Shown: one piece after another, positions 28,284 to 37,361 of the stretch
How the letters are laid out: each line of letters starts with the position of its first letter
Position numbering within the stretch: position 1 is the first letter of the stretch
Source: Calditrichia bacterium
GTDB lineage: Bacteria; Calditrichota; Calditrichia; RBG-13-44-9
Assembly: GCA_037381445.1 (NCBI GenBank)
Contig: JARRQT010000006.1
Coordinates: 1 to 47,382, forward strand
Reading direction: 5' to 3'
DNA length: 47,382 bases
Notes under the pieces: model-generated
The model's input: only the letters and a program-made list of their open reading frames with translations
Databases searched by the model: none
What the model was told of the DNA's origin: nothing
Made by a program: the position numbers and the translations under genes

Positions 28284-29618
28284 ATGCGAATTTTATTGAT
28301 TGATGATGATATTAATCTTTGCAAAGTCCTGAGCCATCAGCTGAAAAGAAACGGATATGAGGTTATTACGGCCAACAGCGGTATGGAGGGAATAAATCTA
28401 TTTGGGAAAAACCAAATTGATGTCGTCCTCACTGATATACAAATGCCCGATATTTCAGGCATCGAGGTCTTACAGGAATTGCGCCGGGGCAATCCGCAGG
28501 TGGTAATTATTATTATGACCGCTTACGGTAGCGTGGATAATGCTTTGGAGGCCTGCCGTTTGGGAGCGGATGATTATATTACCAAGCCTTTCGGTCAGGA
28601 GCAGATGCTGTTTGTGATTGAGAAAGCGGTTGGCATCCGGCGGATTCAGCAGGAAAATGTGCAGTTGCGACAGGAGCTGGCGGGGAAATATCAGTTTGAT
28701 AACATGGTAGCGCACAGTGCCATTATGGAGAATGTCCTGCAAATGGCCGGTCGTGTGGCAGCCAGCGATGCTACTGTCCTGATTCTGGGTGAAAGCGGGA
28801 CAGGCAAGGAACTGATGGCACGGGCCATCCACTATAACAGCCCGCGCAAAGACAGACCTTTTATTACGGTGAATGCTCCCTCCATCCCTGATAATTTGAT
28901 GGAAAGTGAGCTTTTCGGGCATGTAAAGGGAGCTTACACCGGCGCATTAAAGGATCGAAAAGGTAAATTTGAATTGGCGGATGGGGGCACCATCTTTTTG
29001 GATGAAATCGGGGATTTAAAGGAAGATGTGCAGGCGAAACTGCTGCGGGTGCTGCAAGAACAGGAGTTTGAGCGTCTCGGCGAGTCCGTTCCCGTGAAAG
29101 TTGACGTCAGAGTGATTGCCGCAACCAACAAAAATCTGATCGATATGATGAAAACAGGTGAGTTTCGCGAAGACCTGTATTACCGCTTGAGTGTGGTGCC
29201 CATTACCATTCCTCCCCTGCGGGACAGGACCGAAGACATCCCCTATCTTATTGATTTTTTCATCGGCAAACACGGCGGGGGCAGAAAAATTGACGTGGAT
29301 AGCGATGTTTACAAGACTTTGGCCGCCTATCCCTGGCCGGGCAATGTGCGGGAGCTGGAAAATGCAATTGAGCGGGCGATTGTCCTCTCCCCCGGAGACC
29401 GGATTGCCGTGGAAAATCTTCCTCCGCACATCGTTTCCACCGAAAGGTCGGATCAATTTTCGAGGGGAGATGGCATCCTGTCCCTCGATGATGCGGAGCG
29501 CAAGGCCATTTTGGCTGCGCTGGCTGAGACGGGCGGAAATCAGACCAAAGCAGCCCGGTTGCTAAAAATTCCCCGACACGTTCTATTGTATCGTATGAAA
29601 AAACTCGACATCGAATAG
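28284..29618 (+). CDS. Sigma54-dependent response regulator (NtrC/AtoC family)
   Basis: Receiver domain MRILLIDDD (ATG 28284), GESGTGKE, ESELFGHVKGAYTGA, FLDEIG, WPGNVRELEN, Fis-type HTH. Confidence 0.94.
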   Translation: MRILLIDDDINLCKVLSHQLKRNGYEVITANSGMEGINLFGKNQIDVVLTDIQMPDISGIEVLQELRRGNPQVVIIIMTAYGSVDNALEACRLGADDYITKPFGQEQMLFVIEKAVGIRRIQQENVQLRQELAGKYQFDNMVAHSAIMENVLQMAGRVAASDATVLILGESGTGKELMARAIHYNSPRKDRPFITVNAPSIPDNLMESELFGHVKGAYTGALKDRKGKFELADGGTIFLDEIGDLKEDVQAKLLRVLQEQEFERLGESVPVKVDVRVIAATNKNLIDMMKTGEFREDLYYRLSVVPITIPPLRDRTEDIPYLIDFFIGKHGGGRKIDVDSDVYKTLAAYPWPGNVRELENAIERAIVLSPGDRIAVENLPPHIVSTERSDQFSRGDGILSLDDAERKAILAALAETGGNQTKAARLLKIPRHVLLYRMKKLDIE

Positions 29619-29649
29619 AATTGCCTGAAGATAAATTCTGGAGATTAGC

Positions 29650-30108
29650 ATGAAGAAAAAGCTTTCGTATATCCTGCTGGCCCTGGTTATTATTTTTATT
29701 GGAATTCAGTTTATCCCGGTGAAAAAGACTAATCCGCCGGTGGAAAGTGAAATCAATGCGCCGACTAATGTTGTCAATGTTCTGCAGCGCTCCTGTTACG
29801 ATTGCCACTCTAATCGAACTGTGTGGCCGTGGTACAGCCATGTTGCCCCGATGTCTTGGCTGGTGGCAAGCGATGTAAATGAAGGTCGTGAGCACCTCAA
29901 TTTTACGGCCTGGAACAAATATGATACTAAAAGACGATCCAAAAAAATGCAAGAAATTGCCGAAGAGGTGGAAAAAGGAGATATGCCGCTGTGGTATTAT
30001 CTGCCCATGCACCCTGAGGCGAAATTGAGCAAAGCAGATGCACAGCTTTTGGTGAGCTGGGCAAAAACCCATGAGGGAGACACGCTGGGGACTTCCGCCT
30101 CGAATTAA
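29650..30108 (+). CDS. Haem-binding domain (c-type cytochrome-like) exported protein
   Basis: N-terminal TM/signal IQFIP, CYDCH (CxxCH), WPWYSHVAP, GREHLNF, MPL. Confidence 0.88.
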   Translation: MKKKLSYILLALVIIFIGIQFIPVKKTNPPVESEINAPTNVVNVLQRSCYDCHSNRTVWPWYSHVAPMSWLVASDVNEGREHLNFTAWNKYDTKRRSKKMQEIAEEVEKGDMPLWYYLPMHPEAKLSKADAQLLVSWAKTHEGDTLGTSASN

Positions 30109-30144
30109 TTTCTGACGAAATACAAAATTTTATGCCGGCGGGAC

Positions 30145-31272
30145 CTATTTCGGAGATGGCGCACTGATAATTTCAAAAGTCTTCAGGGCGCAATTTTCCC
30201 AGTCAAATATCTTTGCCCGTTCCTTTCCCCGTTTGATAAGCCTGGCCGCTGTATCGGGATTTTTTATCAGATATTCTATTTTGCGGGCTATATCTTCCGG
30301 ATCGCCGGGATTGCAATATAAAGCAGCATCGCCGCATCTTTCTCTCAGCGCCGGGATATCAGATACAATCACCGGGCAGCCGCAGGCCATGGCTTCTATG
30401 GGGGGCAGCGGTGATGCTTCATAAAAGGAAGGAAACACGAAACAGGCCGCCCCACGATATAGTTCAATTAAATCTTCCAGATTGTTGATCTGACCTTTGA
30501 ACTCGGTCAGGCCCTCATTTTGAGCATGGTCAACCATGGATGCGTAATTGAATGCTTTTCCGGCTGAACCTGCCACCACAAGTTTTGCTTTCACTGTTTT
30601 ATTCAATATCCTCACCGCCTCCATGGCTCCCTGGAAATTTTTGCTCCGGGTCAGTGCGCCTACATACAGGATGTAAGGTTCTTTATCTGTTTTTCTGCCA
30701 GTACTATTTTCTGCGGAACAGGAAACAGGGAGACCTCCGTTCTGAATCGCAAACAGTCTTGATCCGGCTCCCGGAAAATGCTCCGAAATAATTTTCTTTT
30801 CCGTTTCCGAAACTGTTATGACAGCGTTTGCCAGCCGCAGGATCGCCGGCGTCATCATGCGGTACCATAAACGGTAAAAAAGACTATAGGCTTTGGCGAA
30901 GTACAGATAGGACAGACTATGCACTGTAACAATGGTCTTGGCTCCAAATAGCAGTGTGAGGATCGGCGCCGTATTTCCCGGACAAAATAGGGTGTTTCTT
31001 TTTATGAAAAAAGGCAGTTCCAGCTGTTCCCAGGCATGCCCGCCAAGTCTTCCCGTGCGGACAATGGGAATGTTTTGTAATTCGGGAAATTCGTGGATAT
31101 TTTTATTAGGACACAGAATAACAATTTGATATAGTGATGTATCGACAACTTCTTTTTCGATGAGGACATCCAATGCCTTGATTATTTCTCCGGCATAGCG
31201 CTGAACGCCGCTGATGGGCTGGGTTAAGAACCTCCCGTTAATGTAAATTGTCTGCTTTTTGCCCGTATCCAT
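30145..31272 (-). CDS. Glycosyltransferase family 4
   Basis: INGRFLTQPISGVQRY, FVFPSFYEASPLPPIEAMACG (EX7E). Confidence 0.92.
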   Translation of the reverse strand: MDTGKKQTIYINGRFLTQPISGVQRYAGEIIKALDVLIEKEVVDTSLYQIVILCPNKNIHEFPELQNIPIVRTGRLGGHAWEQLELPFFIKRNTLFCPGNTAPILTLLFGAKTIVTVHSLSYLYFAKAYSLFYRLWYRMMTPAILRLANAVITVSETEKKIISEHFPGAGSRLFAIQNGGLPVSCSAENSTGRKTDKEPYILYVGALTRSKNFQGAMEAVRILNKTVKAKLVVAGSAGKAFNYASMVDHAQNEGLTEFKGQINNLEDLIELYRGAACFVFPSFYEASPLPPIEAMACGCPVIVSDIPALRERCGDAALYCNPGDPEDIARKIEYLIKNPDTAARLIKRGKERAKIFDWENCALKTFEIISAPSPK

Positions 31273-31287
31273 TATTCCAAAATATTA

Positions 31288-32436
31288 TTAATTTTGTTTT
31301 TGATTGAATAACAATTGGGAATAGACATCAATGGTTTTTTGGGCGATATTCTTCCAGGAAAACTCCGATTGCGCTCTTTTGCGACCTTTCCAACCCAATT
31401 CATTTCTCAGCTTTTTGTCCTCCAGCAATGTCCGTATTTTATTCCGTAAATCTTCCACGTTTCCTTCCTGAAATATCAATCCGCCATCGCCGATCACGTT
31501 GGGAATTTCACCCGAATCCGAGCCGATAACCGCAATCCCGCTGGCCATCGATTCAATAAGCACTCTGCCGAACTTTTCCACCCAGTTGGGCCGGGTCAGC
31601 GAAGGCAGTACAAAAATATCCATACAATTCATGTATTGGGCAACCTCCTCATGCGTTGCATGGGCAATAAAAACAGCATCCACATTGAAAGATTTTGCCA
31701 GCGTCGTCAGATTCTTTTTATAGTCCCCGTCGCCGACCAGCAGGAGTCTTGCATTCAGATTTTCAACCGCCCGGATTAAATGCTGCAGACCTTTGTGCTC
31801 TTCCATGGCCCCCACAAATCCGATGGTTAATTTCCCCTGCGGATTGATTTTGTTGCGCAATTCGGGAAGATGCCTAGGGGCAAAAGCATCGATGTTGACC
31901 CCATGGGTAACGATGGGCGTAAGTCCCCGGAAGCCTTTCCCGCGCAGAACATCCACTGCCATTTGATTGCGCGCCAGAATTGCATCTGTTTTTCGGAGTA
32001 CATGCTTTTCGGCAAAGTTAAACGGCGGCGGATAATTCTTAAATTGATGCTGCGAGGCGTGTAGCACAATTTTACTTTGCGGGGAATACCAGTCGCGGTA
32101 CAAGACCAGTTGAAGGCTGCCGAGATTAAAGGGCTCATTTTCCAGATCAATAATATCGGGATTATATGCTTGCAGCATCCATTTCAATTGGGAGCGGAAT
32201 AAAGAAAAATGAAGATTTCCGGGAAACCAGATCTTCCCTACCGTAATATCATACAGATCATCGAAGTCTTTTTCGAGATATTTTTTTCCTTTGCTCCAAA
32301 GCTCTTTCCAGTATGGAGGCACCAAAACCTTCACATCCCATCCCGAAATTTTGGCAATTTCATGCGGCAGCGTCTGATAAAATTTCTGTATAAATGAAGT
32401 ATAGGAGATCATTAAAATTTTGGGAGGAGTTACCAT
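31288..32436 (-). CDS. Glycosyltransferase family 4
   Basis: IGFVG...KG, VLPSLTRPNWVEKFGRVLIESMASG. Confidence 0.92.
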   Translation of the reverse strand: MVTPPKILMISYTSFIQKFYQTLPHEIAKISGWDVKVLVPPYWKELWSKGKKYLEKDFDDLYDITVGKIWFPGNLHFSLFRSQLKWMLQAYNPDIIDLENEPFNLGSLQLVLYRDWYSPQSKIVLHASQHQFKNYPPPFNFAEKHVLRKTDAILARNQMAVDVLRGKGFRGLTPIVTHGVNIDAFAPRHLPELRNKINPQGKLTIGFVGAMEEHKGLQHLIRAVENLNARLLLVGDGDYKKNLTTLAKSFNVDAVFIAHATHEEVAQYMNCMDIFVLPSLTRPNWVEKFGRVLIESMASGIAVIGSDSGEIPNVIGDGGLIFQEGNVEDLRNKIRTLLEDKKLRNELGWKGRKRAQSEFSWKNIAQKTIDVYSQLLFNQKQN

Positions 32437-32447
32437 CCGTGTACCTT

Positions 32448-33443
32448 TTAAATTTCCATGTGATTATTTTGGGTCCCGGAAGACAGATACTGACGTATCA
32501 ATTTCAAATAGGCGCTTCGTTTTTGAGAAATCGGCAGCTTTTCATTTCCCCTTTTTGCCATAAGCTGCAAAGTTAATAAAACCGCGGCTGCAAAATAACC
32601 TGAAATCACAAAAATTTTATAAATAGCTGCTGTGGCAGGCGAATAATGTTTTCTGTAAAAATAAAGGGTTGAATTCAGATGGCGCAAAAAACTTTTTTCA
32701 GGGAATTGCGCCAGGCTGCCGCCGCTGTGATGCAATATTTCATCCTCCCCCCAAAAAACAGCTTGCTTTCCCCTTTTGGCAGCCCGGAAACAGAAGTCAA
32801 TTTCTTCGCTGAAAAGAAAGAATTGTTCATCGAATTTTCCGGCTTCGAGGAAATCTTCCCTGCGCAAAAGAAAGTAGGCGCCGGAAACCCAGTCAGTCCG
32901 CTGAATGGTGAAAGGATCCCAGAGCCCGTATCTGTGGAAAAGCTGGCTGATTTCGGTACCCAATAATCGGGAAAGAATTCTGACAAGTGCTTTCATATGA
33001 AGCCGCAGCATGGCGGAATATATATTTTGGGAAATCATGCTCCGAAGCGACGGGAAATTGCCGGAGGAGACCTGGATTTTTCCGTCCGGCAGGCGCAGGC
33101 GGACACCCAGAATCACGAAATTGCTGTGCTCCATGTATTCCACGCTGCGGGCGAGGATGTCGGATTTGATTTCCGTGTCAGGATTCAGCAACAGCAAAAA
33201 CTCTCCGGAACAATATTGGAAGGCCCTATTGTTCGCAGCCGCGAAACCAATGTTTTTATCGTGATAAAATACCTGCACTTCAGCGAAGTTGCTCAAAATC
33301 TGCCGCGTATTATCTGTTGAGGCGTTGTCGAAAACAATGATTTCAAAATCAAAGGGCGGCTGATGGGCGGCAATGGAATCGAGACATTTTTTCAGCAAAT
33401 CCGCTGTATTCCAGTTGACAATAACAATCGATAATTTTTTCAA
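32448..33443 (-). CDS. Glycosyltransferase family 2 (rhamnosyltransferase-like)
   Basis: LSIVIVNWN, DNASTD, NIGFAAANN, LLNPD, DWVSGA, FDEQFFLFSEEIDFC; TTG start. Confidence 0.9.
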   Translation of the reverse strand: MKKLSIVIVNWNTADLLKKCLDSIAAHQPPFDFEIIVFDNASTDNTRQILSNFAEVQVFYHDKNIGFAAANNRAFQYCSGEFLLLLNPDTEIKSDILARSVEYMEHSNFVILGVRLRLPDGKIQVSSGNFPSLRSMISQNIYSAMLRLHMKALVRILSRLLGTEISQLFHRYGLWDPFTIQRTDWVSGAYFLLRREDFLEAGKFDEQFFLFSEEIDFCFRAAKRGKQAVFWGEDEILHHSGGSLAQFPEKSFLRHLNSTLYFYRKHYSPATAAIYKIFVISGYFAAAVLLTLQLMAKRGNEKLPISQKRSAYLKLIRQYLSSGTQNNHMEI

Positions 33444-33498
33444 AGCTTATCCATCTGAGTTTTTAAAATCTGCTTTTTCCGGGCGGATCCGAATTGCT

Positions 33499-34962
33499 TC
33501 AGTTCTCCTCCTTTTCTGTTTTCCTGCGCTGTCCAAATTTCTTTCTGAAGAGATCCATGAAATACCGCAAATCCTGTTTGGAAAATGTTTTCAGCAGCAA
33601 AATCATTGCGGAATAAATAACCACAGCGATGGCCACGAGAATAAAAATGTTCAGATTTCTTATCCAGAGAATGCCCAGGCACATGACTGCTGTGGCCAGC
33701 AGAGGTTTAAAAATCACCGCTAAAGAAGGAGAGTGATTAATCGCCCGCTGCACAAAAATATAGGTAAAAATAACCGCTGTCGCCTCCGATAGCACGGTGG
33801 CGAAACTGGCCCCGAACACCCCGAGTTTTGGTATAAAAAGGTAATTGAAGACTACATTCACGACCATGGATGCCGCAGCGATGCCTGCGAAAATATGCTG
33901 TTTGCCGATGGCGTTCAGGGTTGTGGCAAATAGAAATTTAAAAAACACCAGTCCCAGCGCCAGTCCCAGCCACTGCAGGGCAATGGACGCCGGGGAGTAT
34001 TCAGGCTGAAACAGCAGATGAATGATCTGCGGGGCAAGAATGAACAGACCCGCCGAAATCGGAAAGGCGAGGACGGACAAAAACAGAAAGGTCCTGTCGA
34101 ATGTTTTCTGAAACTGCAGCCGGTTTTGAAAGAACAGTACCGCGAAGGCGGGGAACAGCACCAGGTTGAGGTTTTCGGGAATAAATATCAGGCTTTCGAT
34201 CAGTTTGTGCGCGGCATTGTAAAATCCCACCAGCAGATCGGTGTGGAAAATTTTCAGCATCACCGTATCGATGCGTCCGGACACTGTTCCGAAAACAGCC
34301 ATCAGTGCAAATGGAAAAGACTGCCTGATGAGAGTAACTGTTTGGGGACCGAACCATTTCCATTCCACTTTTTTGAAAAAGCGCCGCATAAAAATAAAGG
34401 CAGTACCGGCTTTTATAAACTCGATGCCGGCGAAAATCCACAATAGCAGAAACAGGCTCTGATTGAACCGCCAGAGCAGGACTGCCGTGAGCAGCATGGC
34501 AATGCGTTCGATCAGGTTGGTATATGCCTCATACTCCATTTTTTCGAATGCGCGGAACACCGAAATGAAGTGGCGGCTGAAATTATCAAAAACCAGGTAT
34601 ACGCTAAAAATTCTGATGGCCGTCTTGCTGGCCTGGTCCCATGCAATGAAACTAACGGAGACATTAATTACCAGAAATGCCAGCCCCGATAACAAAATAA
34701 GAAACGGTATGGAATGGCCCAGAAAAGAGTTTATCCGGGACTTGTCCCGGGCCACATCCCGGGTAAGCAGCGAATTGATCCCCAGGTTTCCGATAACCAT
34801 AAATAGGGCCACGAATGCCAGAGAAAAGTTGTAGATGCCAAAACCGGCCGCGCCCAACATCCGGGTGAGAATGAGGACCAGCGCCAGATTTATCAGCTTT
34901 GTGAAAATGTGGCTGGAAAGTAAAATAAGACTGTTCTTAATGATTCGCTGGCTTGAGTTCAT
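33499..34962 (-). CDS. Wzx-type polysaccharide flippase
   Basis: About 14 TM helices; TRMLGAAGFGIY, RIDTVML, VGFYNAA, NYLFIPKLGVFGASFAT. Confidence 0.9.
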   Translation of the reverse strand: MNSSQRIIKNSLILLSSHIFTKLINLALVLILTRMLGAAGFGIYNFSLAFVALFMVIGNLGINSLLTRDVARDKSRINSFLGHSIPFLILLSGLAFLVINVSVSFIAWDQASKTAIRIFSVYLVFDNFSRHFISVFRAFEKMEYEAYTNLIERIAMLLTAVLLWRFNQSLFLLLWIFAGIEFIKAGTAFIFMRRFFKKVEWKWFGPQTVTLIRQSFPFALMAVFGTVSGRIDTVMLKIFHTDLLVGFYNAAHKLIESLIFIPENLNLVLFPAFAVLFFQNRLQFQKTFDRTFLFLSVLAFPISAGLFILAPQIIHLLFQPEYSPASIALQWLGLALGLVFFKFLFATTLNAIGKQHIFAGIAAASMVVNVVFNYLFIPKLGVFGASFATVLSEATAVIFTYIFVQRAINHSPSLAVIFKPLLATAVMCLGILWIRNLNIFILVAIAVVIYSAMILLLKTFSKQDLRYFMDLFRKKFGQRRKTEKEEN

Positions 34963-35131
34963 TACTTCCTGATGAATACAATCTGTTATGGTAATGCTTG
35001 TGGGAGTGTTTTTTGGGAAACGGCATATTCCGGATCAATAACTCACATCTTTGCAATTTAAAATATTATCAGATGCCATTTTTTCTTTCTTGTAAAGGCC
35101 GAAAGTCAAACTCTTCTTTCTGGCGTTGATT

Positions 35132-35728
35132 TCAGGAAGATTTCGGAAAAAGCTCCCGCTCCAAAATATCGCACATCACATGGGCAATCAAAATGTGAGT
35201 TTCCTGTATACGGGCGGTTGAAGCGCTGGGAACAATGATGGGCAGGTCTACCAGCTTTTTCAGCTTTCCGCCCTCGCCTCCCAGAAAACCGATAACATAT
35301 AATCCCTTTTCATGTGCCATGTTCACCGCCTCAATTACATTGGCGGAATTCCCGCTGGTGCTGAGGGCAATAAGCGTATCGCCAAGCCGGCCCAGCGCCT
35401 CAATCTGCCGGGAGTAAACGAAGTCGAAACCAAAGTCGTTGGCCCCTGCCGTTAAAATGGAAGTGTCTACCGTGAGCGCCTGTGCCGCCAGCGCCGGGCG
35501 ATTATTGGAGCTGGTCAGCCGGATGACGAGCTCAGCGGCAATGTGCTGGGCGTCCGCGGCGCTTCCTCCATTTCCGCACAGCAATATTTTCCCTCCATTC
35601 CTAAGCGTGATGAACAGTTGCTGGACCGCCTGCAGCAATATTCCGCCGGTTTCCCGGAGCAGGCGGTTTTGAATGTCAATACTCTCCGCAATGGCAGTTT
35701 CAAAATTTTTGTTCCAGTCAGATTTCAC
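35132..35728 (-). CDS. gmhA: Sedoheptulose-7-phosphate isomerase
   Basis: LCGNGGSAADAQHIAAEL, ANDFGFD, STSGNSANV, RIQETH. Confidence 0.95.
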   Translation of the reverse strand: MKSDWNKNFETAIAESIDIQNRLLRETGGILLQAVQQLFITLRNGGKILLCGNGGSAADAQHIAAELVIRLTSSNNRPALAAQALTVDTSILTAGANDFGFDFVYSRQIEALGRLGDTLIALSTSGNSANVIEAVNMAHEKGLYVIGFLGGEGGKLKKLVDLPIIVPSASTARIQETHILIAHVMCDILERELFPKSS

Positions 35729-35798
35729 TTTCTATTTTCCCCCGATACAAAAAATGTGATATGTCTTTTTACTGCACCCTTTGATTAAAGGCATTTTG

Positions 35799-36554
35799 TC
35801 AGCTTTTGGAGTGAATCGCCTCCGCAAATTCACGAAGCTTGCCGATATTATCACGTTCTTCAAAATGATTTCCGACAACCACAAAGGAAGCCCCTGCCTT
35901 CACTTTCTTTTCGGCTTCCTCCGGCGACCGGATGCCGCCGCCCACAACAGTGGGAATGGATATGGAACGGCTGACCATAGCAACCATTTCATCCGGTACC
36001 GAGAGCTGAGCTCCGCTCCCCGCCTCCAGATACAGCAATTTGAATCCCAGATACTGGGCTGCCAGCGCATGTGCGAGGGCAATATCAGGCTTATGCCGGG
36101 GCAGGGGACGTGAGTTACTCATGAATTCGGCGCTGGTGACCTGACCTGATTCAACCAGCATATAGGCGCAGGAGATGGCTTCGGTCTGCATCTGCCAGAT
36201 GATAGGCGCAGCCAGGACCTGGTTTTCAATCAGGTGGGCGGGATTACGCCCGCTGATTACGGAAAGATACAGAATCGCATCGGCATACCGGGAAATCTGA
36301 TAAACGCTTCCCGGGAAAACGATTACCGGCAGCTCTCCGGCGGTCTGTTTGATGTTCTGTACGTATTCATCGAAATTTTTCCTGAGGAGCATGGTCCCGC
36401 CGATGAAAATGGCGTCAACCCCATTCTCTTTAACGCGTAAAATAGTCTCCTCAACCTGGTCCATTTCCAGTTTATCCGGATCCAGAAGCAGGACGAATCC
36501 GGCGCCTTTGTTTTCGGCAATGTTCAATAACCTGTTGTAAGTATCCGACTTCAT
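35799..36554 (-). CDS. Geranylgeranylglyceryl phosphate synthase (PcrB family, group II-like)
   Basis: LLDPDK, IGG, FPGS, SVISGRNP, YMLVESG, YLEAGSGA, VGGGIRS, VVGN. Confidence 0.9.
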   Translation of the reverse strand: MKSDTYNRLLNIAENKGAGFVLLLDPDKLEMDQVEETILRVKENGVDAIFIGGTMLLRKNFDEYVQNIKQTAGELPVIVFPGSVYQISRYADAILYLSVISGRNPAHLIENQVLAAPIIWQMQTEAISCAYMLVESGQVTSAEFMSNSRPLPRHKPDIALAHALAAQYLGFKLLYLEAGSGAQLSVPDEMVAMVSRSISIPTVVGGGIRSPEEAEKKVKAGASFVVVGNHFEERDNIGKLREFAEAIHSKS

Positions 36555-36643
36555 GTGAAATTTCTTCTTTCCTCAGATATAAAAATTAGCAAACCAAAAT
36601 AACAATCCTGCTGAAAAAAATCAAGGCTTTTGGAAAGCCGCGA

Positions 36644-37255
36644 TCATTCGGGCTTCTGCTGTGATATGTGACGAAACCACCATTCCACAGCGTCCAGCAA
36701 ATTTTCCCTCACATGAGAAGGCGGCTCATCCCCGTTTTGCTTAATTTTATCCCGTTCAGCCTGACCATAACCCGTTAAGACCAGGATACCCGGAATACCA
36801 AGACGCCGGGCGGTCTGAACATCACTGTATTTATCCCCGATGATGGCTGAAGCTGCTATATCAATATTCAGCTCCGCGGCTGCTTTGAACACCAGACCCG
36901 GCGCTGGTTTGCGGCAATTGCACTGAATATTATAAGGCGGACTACCCTCGGGATGATGCGGGCAATAATAGATGCCATCGATTATTGCCATCTCTTGCCG
37001 GAGAAGGGTGATCAATTCGGCATTTATCCGGCGCACGGTTTCTTCGGAAAAGTATCCCTTGGCAACACCGGACTGATTGCTGATAATCACGCATTTCCAG
37101 CCGGCTTTGTTGATGTGACGAATCGCCTCAACTGCCCCCGGCAGGAATTCGATGTCCTCCGTTTTCTGCAGATATCCGACTTCGCGGATAATTGTGCCGT
37201 CACGGTCCAGGAAAAGCGCAGGCGCCTTATTGATTCCTTCGGTCAAAATGATCAT
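36644..37255 (-). CDS. gmhB: D-glycero-D-manno-heptose 1,7-bisphosphate phosphatase (HAD)
   Basis: FLDRDGTI, SNQSGVAKG, CPHHP...CNCRKPAPG, GDKYSD. Start set at ATG 37255 because the longer ORF overlaps a terminator. Confidence 0.9.
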   Translation of the reverse strand: MIILTEGINKAPALFLDRDGTIIREVGYLQKTEDIEFLPGAVEAIRHINKAGWKCVIISNQSGVAKGYFSEETVRRINAELITLLRQEMAIIDGIYYCPHHPEGSPPYNIQCNCRKPAPGLVFKAAAELNIDIAASAIIGDKYSDVQTARRLGIPGILVLTGYGQAERDKIKQNGDEPPSHVRENLLDAVEWWFRHISQQKPE

Positions 37256-37300
37256 CCTTATTTGTCTTTGTTGACAGTTGTTGGTTACTCCCGGTTTATC

Positions 37301-37340
37301 AAAAAAGAAAAAGCCTCCGGCCTGATTCACCAGAGGCTTT
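37301..37340 (-). terminator. Rho-independent terminator after glgA
   Basis: Minus strand AAAGCCTCTGG-loop-CCGGAGGCTTT followed by TTCTTTTTT. Confidence 0.8.
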
Positions 37341-37361
37341 AAAACTTGAAATTTGACTGCA

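Noticed and set aside
29260-30072. 270-aa minus-strand ORF and similar antisense ORFs across the window
   Set aside because: They overlap well-supported genes on the opposite strand and show no protein motifs.
37256-37330. Extended N-terminus of gmhB in the ORF track
   Set aside because: Starts inside the glgA terminator hairpin; ATG 37255 has an AAGG RBS.
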